Assembly: GCF_035285525.1 (NCBI RefSeq)
Contig: NZ_JAYKGW010000085.1
Location: 1-24,719 of the forward strand
Direction: 5' to 3'
DNA from: Okeania sp.
Lineage (GTDB): Bacteria > Cyanobacteriota > Cyanobacteriia > Cyanobacteriales > Microcoleaceae
Length of the DNA: 24,719 bases
Shown here piece by piece: positions 1-6,404 of this stretch (the stretch's first letter is position 1; each line of letters starts with the position of its first letter). The position numbers and the translations under genes are program-made. The notes beneath the pieces are model-generated. The model was not told the DNA's origin and ran no database searches. It saw nothing but the letters and a program-made list of their open reading frames with translations.

Positions 1-54
1 TGGAAATCCCCCTCCCGTCCCCCTTGGAAATCCCCCTCCCGTCCCCCTTGGAAA
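1..54. repeat. 24-bp tandem repeat inside the PKS reading frame (reads LEIPLPSP)
   Basis: ttggaaatccccctcccgtccccc occurs at 24-47. It also occurs at 1-23, lacking its first base because of the window edge. A third copy begins at 48-54 (ttggaaa). Confidence 0.9.
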
Positions 55-1628
55 GGGGGAAGCCAGAGGATGCTTCGCTTTTTAAGGATGGGAAGCCAGA
101 GGATGCTTCGCTTTTTAAGGATGGGAAGCCAGAGGATGCTTCGCTTTTTAAGGATGGGAAGCCAGAGGATGCTTCGCTTTTTAAGTATGAATGGCAGCAA
201 ATACTTTCTAGTTTAGCAGAATTGTACGTTCGGGGAGCTAAAATAGATTGGTCAGGATTTGACCGAGATTATCAACGACAAAAAGTCAGTTTACCTACTT
301 ATCCTTTTCAACGACAAAGGTATTGGATAGAAAGTGAGAAGTCAGAGTTATCAGAATCAACTGTTGCTCAGATAGCAGATACAGCAACAGAAACTCTAAC
401 TCAGCAACTAGCAGAAACAGGTAATCTCTCAGCAAGTGAACTGGAGTTAGTACCAAAAATACTGGAGTTACTGAAGCAACAACAATTAAAATCTGTTACA
501 GAGTCGGAGCAAAAGTCTACAGAATCAGAAAATTTAGTTTCCCCTTCCTCAGTCATAGATATTGAGAAGTTGCAAGCTGCTCCAACACCAGACCGCAAGT
601 TGATGATAGTAGAATATCTGCAAAAGTTGGCGATTAAGGTATTGCAACTGAATACTTCTGAAGATTTAGATATCTACGAATCTGTTTTAGAATTAGGTTT
701 TGATTCTTTGAGTGTTGTCGAACTCCGGAGCAAAATCGAAAAACAACTAGCAGTTACTATTCCTGCTAATTTAATTTTGCAAGGTCCTAGTATCATGGAA
801 TTAGCAGAAGGATTAGTTGAGCAATTGACTGATAGCGGTTCATCCGCACAAACTTCAGGTGAAGCTAAAAAAGAAGGAAGTTGGATTGCATACCACAAAC
901 CCAAACCTAATGCAAGTATCCGTTTATTCTGTTTCCACCCTTGGGGTGCTAGTGCTTCTATGTATCAACAATGGTCTGATGCTTTGCCTCCGGAAATAGA
1001 AGTGTTACCCATTCAATTACCAGGTAGACAAAGGCGTCTTCAAGAAAAACCTTTCACAGATTTTGCTAGTCTGATAGAAGTTTTAGGAGATGTTCTTTAT
1101 TCTTATTTGGATAAACCTTTTGCTTTATTTGGTCATAGTATGGGAGGATTCATTGCTCTTGAGTTTGCCTATTTTCTGAAAGAGAGATATAATTTGAAAC
1201 CAACACAGTTGTTTTTGAGTGGTGTCGTTCCACCATCAGATAATACTTGGTTAGAAAAAATCGAATCTCTTTCAGAAACAGAACGACTGAATTATCTTCT
1301 AGAAATTTCTGAAATTCCAGAAAGTATTACTGAAGATTCATCACTTTTCAATGAGTTAATGAATATCTTTAAGGCAGATTTTCAACTGTTACAAAGTTAC
1401 CATTATGTAGAGAAAAAGTCATTAGATTGTCCAATCTCTAGTTTGAGTGGAATAGATGACTATACAGTTAGCGATCGCCAACTTTCTCTTTGGTCTGAAT
1501 ATACTAGCAGCAACCTCAAAATAGATAGGATACCTGGTAAACACATGTTTATGTTTTTGCAAGATAGCCAAAAATTACTTTTAGAGCTAATCTCTCAAGA
1601 ACTTTTACCACAGTTAATTACTGAATAA
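1..1628 (+). CDS. C-terminal part of a type I polyketide synthase (5' end cut by window edge): post-AT linker, ACP, thioesterase
   Basis: Frame 3 is open from nt 3 to the TAA at 1626-1628. The TTG at 24 is only the first in-window start, so the gene continues upstream. The translation shows SLPTYPFQRQRYW, the motif that closes the post-AT (KS-AT) linker of type I PKS modules. It also shows an ACP with the phosphopantetheine site LELGFDSLSVVEL and an alpha/beta thioesterase (FCFHPWGASASMYQQW, LPGRQRR, GHSMGG nucleophile elbow). Confidence 0.85.
   Translation, partial: EIPLPSPLEIPLPSPLERGKPEDASLFKDGKPEDASLFKDGKPEDASLFKDGKPEDASLFKYEWQQILSSLAELYVRGAKIDWSGFDRDYQRQKVSLPTYPFQRQRYWIESEKSELSESTVAQIADTATETLTQQLAETGNLSASELELVPKILELLKQQQLKSVTESEQKSTESENLVSPSSVIDIEKLQAAPTPDRKLMIVEYLQKLAIKVLQLNTSEDLDIYESVLELGFDSLSVVELRSKIEKQLAVTIPANLILQGPSIMELAEGLVEQLTDSGSSAQTSGEAKKEGSWIAYHKPKPNASIRLFCFHPWGASASMYQQWSDALPPEIEVLPIQLPGRQRRLQEKPFTDFASLIEVLGDVLYSYLDKPFALFGHSMGGFIALEFAYFLKERYNLKPTQLFLSGVVPPSDNTWLEKIESLSETERLNYLLEISEIPESITEDSSLFNELMNIFKADFQLLQSYHYVEKKSLDCPISSLSGIDDYTVSDRQLSLWSEYTSSNLKIDRIPGKHMFMFLQDSQKLLLELISQELLPQLITE
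57..188. repeat. 33-bp tandem repeat x4, in frame in the PKS (GKPEDASLFKD x4)
   Basis: gggaagccagaggatgcttcgctttttaaggat occurs at 57-89, 90-122 and 123-155 (identical), and at 156-188 with one mismatch. 33 bp equals 11 codons, so the frame is preserved. Confidence 0.95.
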
Positions 1629-1634
1629 AGCATT

Positions 1635-1660
1635 AAGGGTGCAAAATTAGCACCCTTTTC
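1635..1660 (+). terminator. Rho-independent terminator candidate after the PKS gene
   Basis: An 8-bp stem forms between aagggtgc (1635-1642) and gcaccctt (1650-1657), with a 7-nt loop aaaatta. The 3' arm runs into tttt (1656-1659). The hairpin starts 7 nt after the stop codon. Confidence 0.6.
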
Positions 1661-1683
1661 TAATAGAATTAAGGAGGATTTTT

Positions 1684-1776
1684 CTAAAAAAGTCAGTTCC
1701 AAAGTTTATATTGACTTAAAACCTAAAAAATAGGGTATTATTGCTGATAGCTGATGGCTAATAGCTGAATGCTGAC
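1684..1776. repeat. Dispersed repeat, copy 1 (aaaagtcagYtcYaaagtYtatatt...tagggtattatKgctg plus ctgatag-type heptamers)
   Basis: It aligns by eye with 10815-10934. The shared blocks are ctaWaaaagtcag, aaagtYtatatt, tagggtattat and gctgaNggctaatagct. Copy 2 carries an extra ~27-bp insert. Confidence 0.7.
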
Positions 1777-1820
1777 AAATATTCAGACAGATATTTACCA
1801 AAGATTTAGGAGGATAAAAA

Positions 1821-2309
1821 ATGAGCAATAATGTAATCTCAAAAGAGAATTTAGTTGGTACTTGGAAACTTGTTGATTTTTATACTGTTAATGCCCAAGA
1901 AAAAGTTTCTTACCCTTTTGGTGAAAATCCTACAGGCTATCTTGTATATACTGAAAATGGATATATGTCTGTGTCGATTATGACAACTAATCGCCCACTT
2001 CTGGGTTTATCAGTAGAAGAAATGCAAGACCTGAAAAATGCTAAATTAGGATTAGAATTAATTGGTAATCTTGGCAAATATCTGAAGGCAAGCTTGAGAT
2101 ATTTTAGTGCTGGTAGAAATTATCTTTCTTATAGTGGTACATATCAAATTCGAGGTAATAGTGTTATTCACAATCTTGAAGTTAGTCTAGTTCCTGATTG
2201 GATAGGTTTAGACTTTGAACGTAATGTGAAATTTTCAGAAGGTCAGATTATACTAACTAATATGGTAAAAGATACATCTTATAACTTAACTTGGAAACTT
2301 ATTCCTTAG
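1821..2309 (+). CDS. Lipocalin-like domain protein (PF13924-like)
   Basis: ATG lies 7 nt after aggagg (1808-1813). The N-terminal signature LVGTWKLVDFYTV...YPFGENPTGYLVYTENGYMSV matches my memory of the bacterial lipocalin-like domain family (GTWxLxS/D...G..P.G.L.YT..G.M). 162 aa, with no signal peptide. Confidence 0.75.
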   Translation: MSNNVISKENLVGTWKLVDFYTVNAQEKVSYPFGENPTGYLVYTENGYMSVSIMTTNRPLLGLSVEEMQDLKNAKLGLELIGNLGKYLKASLRYFSAGRNYLSYSGTYQIRGNSVIHNLEVSLVPDWIGLDFERNVKFSEGQIILTNMVKDTSYNLTWKLIP

Positions 2310-2401
2310 AAAAGAAGGAGTAGAGAATAGTCAGAAAAATTGCAACTTTATAAATAAATGTTTCTCGGCACCTTGCCCGCGAAAACTTTACCTCATCCCT
2401 T

Positions 2402-2486
2402 CTTCTTTCCTGAAGCAAAAAGATTTAAGATTACTTCTTATTTATGACTTCTTTCCTGAAGCAAAAAGATTTAAGATTACTTCTTA
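2402..2486. repeat. 39-bp perfect direct duplication (period 46 bp) followed by ttacttc-type heptamers
   Basis: cttctttcctgaagcaaaaagatttaagattacttctta occurs at 2402-2440 and at 2448-2486. It is followed by cttccttgttacttcttccttcttacttcttcc up to about 2520. Confidence 0.9.
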
Positions 2487-2527
2487 CTTCCTTGTTACTT
2501 CTTCCTTCTTACTTCTTCCTTAATATA

Positions 2528-4009
2528 ATGAATAACCCAATTTTTAGTAACACAGAAAAAAACTTAGAAATTGCTATCATCGGTTCTGGAATATCTGGTC
2601 TGTGTATGGCAATTAATCTCAAAAAAGCTGGTATTACAACCTTCAAAATTTTTGAAAAAGCAGATAATGTCGGCGGTACATGGCACGACAATACATACCC
2701 TGGTTGTGGTTGTGATACAGCATCCATTTTATATTCATTTTCATTTGAACCAAAAAGTGACTGGACGCGGAATTATCCCAAACAACCAGAAATACTTCAA
2801 TATTTAGAACACTGTGCTGATAAATATGATATTAGAAAACATATTACTTTTAACACAGAAATTACTGGCGCTTTTTTTGAATCAGAAAAAAATATTTGGC
2901 GTATTTGTACTGCTTCTGGAGAAGAATATTATGCCAATATTTTAGTTAGTGGTTGTGGACAATTAAATCAACCAAAAATTCCTAATATTGATGGTCTAGA
3001 AACATTTTCTGGAACTCAATTTCATTCCGCTCGTTGGAATCACGAACACGATTTAAAAGATGAAACAGTAGCAGTAATTGGTACTGGAGCAAGTGCTATT
3101 CAATTTATTCCAATTATTGCTCAACAAGTGAAAAAATTGATTGTTTTTCAACGTACTGCTGCCTGGGTTTTACCTAAACTTGATTTTAAGTTTACAAGTT
3201 TCATTCATTGGTTAGGCAAAACTTTCCCATTAACACTAAGATTATACCGATGGTTATTGTATTTAGTCCATGAATTTTTAGTTATTTATTTGACTATAAA
3301 ACAAAATAATATTGTCGGAAAAATGATTAGTGCTTTACTTGATTTCCAAAGAGATAGAGTCATTAAAAACGAAAATCTTAAATCTATTCTGAAGCCAAAT
3401 TATGCAATTGGTTGTAAGCGAGTTTTAATTTCTAATGATTATTATCACGCTCTACAACTTCCTAATGTAGAAGTAGTTGCTGATGGAATCAAAAGAATTA
3501 ATCAGAATCAAATTATTACCAAAAATAGTGGGGAATATTCTGTAGATACTTTGATATTTGCCACAGGATTTGATACAACTCTCTTATCTGCAATTAAAAT
3601 TGTTGGTTTAAACAATCAATTATTACAAGATAAATGGCAGGATGGAGCTGAAGCATATAAAGGTATTATGATTCCCGGTTTTCCTAATTTATTTATGCTT
3701 TATGGACCTAATACCAATACAGGTACTCAGTCAATTATTTTTATGATTGAATGTCAAGTTAATTACATTCTTTCTTGTATCAAAATGATGCAGAAAAATT
3801 CACAAAAATATTTAGACGTAAAGTCTGATATTAATTCTGAATATAACGAAAAAATACAGGTTGCTGCCGGTCAGACTGTATGGAATAGTGGCTGTAGTAG
3901 TTGGTACAAAACTAAAACAGGCAAAATTGTCAATAATTGGCCTTTTTCAACTGTACGTTATTGGCTAACCACTTTTCAAGCTAATCCCAAAGATTTTAAT
4001 TTTTCTTAA
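2528..4009 (+). CDS. Type I Baeyer-Villiger monooxygenase (class B flavoprotein monooxygenase)
   Basis: FAD site IAIIGSGISGL. BVMO motif GGTWHDNTYPGCGCD ([A/G]GxWxxxx[F/Y]P[G/M]xxxD). Fingerprint FSGTQFHSARW (FxGxxxHxxxW). Second dinucleotide site VAVIGTGASA. The ORF-track start at 2444 lies inside the duplicated repeat tract. I prefer the ATG at 2528 (MNNPIFS...), which sits about 14 codons before the FAD motif. Confidence 0.85.
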   Translation: MNNPIFSNTEKNLEIAIIGSGISGLCMAINLKKAGITTFKIFEKADNVGGTWHDNTYPGCGCDTASILYSFSFEPKSDWTRNYPKQPEILQYLEHCADKYDIRKHITFNTEITGAFFESEKNIWRICTASGEEYYANILVSGCGQLNQPKIPNIDGLETFSGTQFHSARWNHEHDLKDETVAVIGTGASAIQFIPIIAQQVKKLIVFQRTAAWVLPKLDFKFTSFIHWLGKTFPLTLRLYRWLLYLVHEFLVIYLTIKQNNIVGKMISALLDFQRDRVIKNENLKSILKPNYAIGCKRVLISNDYYHALQLPNVEVVADGIKRINQNQIITKNSGEYSVDTLIFATGFDTTLLSAIKIVGLNNQLLQDKWQDGAEAYKGIMIPGFPNLFMLYGPNTNTGTQSIIFMIECQVNYILSCIKMMQKNSQKYLDVKSDINSEYNEKIQVAAGQTVWNSGCSSWYKTKTGKIVNNWPFSTVRYWLTTFQANPKDFNFS

Positions 4010-4044
4010 CCAACTTTTAAAATAATTATTTTGTCAAAATACTT

Positions 4045-4072
4045 TTGTACAGATGCCAAAATCTAATATACT
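4045..4072 (+). promoter_or_regulatory. Candidate sigma70-type promoter upstream of the lipase gene
   Basis: ttgtac (4045-4050), a 16-nt spacer, then tatact (4067-4072), about 55 nt upstream of the GTG start at 4126. This is a pattern match only. Confidence 0.25.
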
Positions 4073-4125
4073 AAATTGTGGTTGATTCTTTATTTTTTTA
4101 CAGAAACTAACAAGGAGAAATAATC

Positions 4126-5757
4126 GTGGCAACAACAATAACTCAACAAAAAGTACAACCAGGAGAATATACTTGGCAACAAACGATATTATCCCATATG
4201 TGGCTTGTATATTGTGTATCCTTTCCTAAAGCTTATAGTGGTCCACAAGAATATCTAGAACAGTTAGCAACCACATCAGTGAAAACTGTTTTGGCTAGTC
4301 AAGAAGCTCAGAAATTAATTGGAAAATGGGAGCTTGTATGGGGAGTAAATGTTTATCAAAGAAAACGTTCTGTAGTTGCTGATGCAACAATGTATGTTGC
4401 TAAATATACTGAAAGTTCAGACATCAGTAAATATGTTATTTCTATTGCCGGAACAAATCCATTTTCAATCTCCACTGTCTTATTAGAAGATGCTCGTTTT
4501 GCTTCTATCCGAAAATGGAATGAAGGTAAACCCTGGAACAGCAAAATGGATGCAGAATATACTGATGAACCAGCAGTATCAGCAGGATTAAGCTTAGGAT
4601 TGAAAGTTCACATGGTAGATATGCAAGATTCTGAAGGTAATGTTCTGGTTGATATTCTCAAACAAATCGTTAGCAATGAAACTAAACCTGTAGAAATAAC
4701 AGTAGCAGGTCATAGTTTAGGAGGTACTATTTCACCATTGATGGGTTTAGCATTATTAGAGTGTCAATCAGAATGGGATACCAAGAATATTGCTACCATC
4801 AAAGTAGTATCTGTAGCAGGTATGAGTCCTGGGAATGAAGCTTTTGCTAAATATTATCAGTCCAAAATAGGCGATCGCACAGAACGGATTTGGTGTGATA
4901 AAGATATCGTTCCTCGTATGGCAAAAGTAGGTGGTCTCAATACTATAGCCAGTTTATATGAACCAGATATATCAAATAATATACTTATTAATAATGTCAT
5001 GGAATATATGGCTAATTCTAGTGAACAGCATAAATATGCCTACATTACTAATAAACCACCATACGCAGGTAAGTTCGATCCGTCTCAGTTGGTTGAAAAT
5101 GTCGATGAAAATGAATATCTCAAAAAATATGTTGTAACTGAATGCAGTACACTCATATACTTAGTTTGGCAGCGACAGTTAGAAATGATACCATTTATGC
5201 CTAATTTTCTGGAAGATAAATTTGAAGACTTAGCAGAAAAATCTTCTGTTCTCTTAGGAACTGTTATTACTGAAATGTTAGGGAAGGCTGGAAATGTAGA
5301 TGCAAAACTAGAAAAGATATTTACTAAAATAGTGAACTCAGTTAGTACAATCCCTATAGTAGGTGTATTTGCCCAGTTTAATCGTAATTTATTATCTAGT
5401 GCTAGCATTTTTGGTTTAATTGATTATTATCTACAGTTTGCTTACCAACATACCTACCAATATGTAGATTATTTTGGTTTTGTGCAGTTCAACCTTCTAA
5501 GACTTAAGGTTACTGCTGAGATTGAAGCAGAATTTGACGAACAAAATATTAGGAAACAAACAAGAAATACTGTTCTGATTGAATACGGTAAAGCTAAAAG
5601 GGATGATATCAAAGATTTATTTAATGGCACAGGTAAGTTATTAAACAATATATCTGATCTTGTCACAGAACTCAAACGATCAGGAGAAGTAGATGAAAAT
5701 GTACAACCTTTACTTTTCATCATTGAGAAAGACAAAGAGAAGGGACTTTTTGGTTAG
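4126..5757 (+). CDS. Class-3 (fungal-type) lipase family protein with a ~240-aa unassigned C-terminal extension
   Basis: GTG start lies 8 nt after aaggag (4112-4117). The lipase_3-like core has the nucleophile elbow VAGHSLGGT and the downstream acid motif CDKDIVPRM. I recognise no motif in residues ~300-543. Confidence 0.8.
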   Translation: MATTITQQKVQPGEYTWQQTILSHMWLVYCVSFPKAYSGPQEYLEQLATTSVKTVLASQEAQKLIGKWELVWGVNVYQRKRSVVADATMYVAKYTESSDISKYVISIAGTNPFSISTVLLEDARFASIRKWNEGKPWNSKMDAEYTDEPAVSAGLSLGLKVHMVDMQDSEGNVLVDILKQIVSNETKPVEITVAGHSLGGTISPLMGLALLECQSEWDTKNIATIKVVSVAGMSPGNEAFAKYYQSKIGDRTERIWCDKDIVPRMAKVGGLNTIASLYEPDISNNILINNVMEYMANSSEQHKYAYITNKPPYAGKFDPSQLVENVDENEYLKKYVVTECSTLIYLVWQRQLEMIPFMPNFLEDKFEDLAEKSSVLLGTVITEMLGKAGNVDAKLEKIFTKIVNSVSTIPIVGVFAQFNRNLLSSASIFGLIDYYLQFAYQHTYQYVDYFGFVQFNLLRLKVTAEIEAEFDEQNIRKQTRNTVLIEYGKAKRDDIKDLFNGTGKLLNNISDLVTELKRSGEVDENVQPLLFIIEKDKEKGLFG

Positions 5758-5839
5758 ATTTAGACGCAAATTTTGAAGTCCATATCTCTTTTCTGGAGAT
5801 GTCTATTCGATATGGACAGTCCAAAGTTCTACAAATAAC

Positions 5840-5877
5840 TAGGGTCTGCTGATTTATCGGGAACCGTAAAAGTCTTG
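5840..5877. repeat. Left arm of a perfect 38-bp inverted repeat (partner at 8663-8700)
   Basis: tagggtctgctgatttatcgggaaccgtaaaagtcttg at 5840-5877 is the exact reverse complement of 8663-8700, checked base by base. An 8-bp tandem array follows on the inner side. Confidence 0.95.
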
Positions 5878-5884
5878 ATCAAGA

Positions 5885-6150
5885 GATGGGGAGATAGGGT
5901 GATGGGGAGATGGGGAGATGGGGAGGTAGGGAGTAATTTTTTTGCCAGTCCTGATTCAGCAAGCCCTAACTAGGGCTGGCGTATGGAAATGTAAAAGCTT
6001 TGACAGATAGAGCTTTTAGCATTTTTAGATATAGAATAAAGTACCTACTTTTCAGCTATTAATGCTGAAAAAGTTACCATTTTCGGCACATCCTTGCTTG
6101 GGCAAAAAAAATTACTTTCCTGCTCCTCTATTCCCCTACTCCCCTACTCC
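5885..6150. repeat. MITE-like element with octamer-array arms
   Basis: The G-rich array (gatgggga units, 5885-5932) plus gtaatttttttgcc (5933-5946) faces ggcaaaaaaaattac (6101-6115) plus the C-rich array cccctact (6121-6150). Two internal hairpins are present (aaaagct/agctttt near 5993-6018 and ttttcagc/gctgaaaa near 6049-6071). Confidence 0.6.
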
Positions 6151-6404
6151 TTAAAAAAGACTTTTTCAGCCAGCCCTAACTATTGCTAGCGAAGGCTTTC
6201 AGTCATCTAAAAATTAGAAAACTTGTAGGTGCTGTAAGCCTTTCCTAGCAATCATTTCAGCTTTTAAAGCGAATCATTTTTTAGGAGAACTTTGTATTCT
6301 CGATCATTGGATATATTGACAAATAAAAAATAATGAATCATCATTATATAAAGAAAATTAAATAATTTTTAAGCCCGAAGTCAGAAAACTTTAACAATAA
6401 GGAA

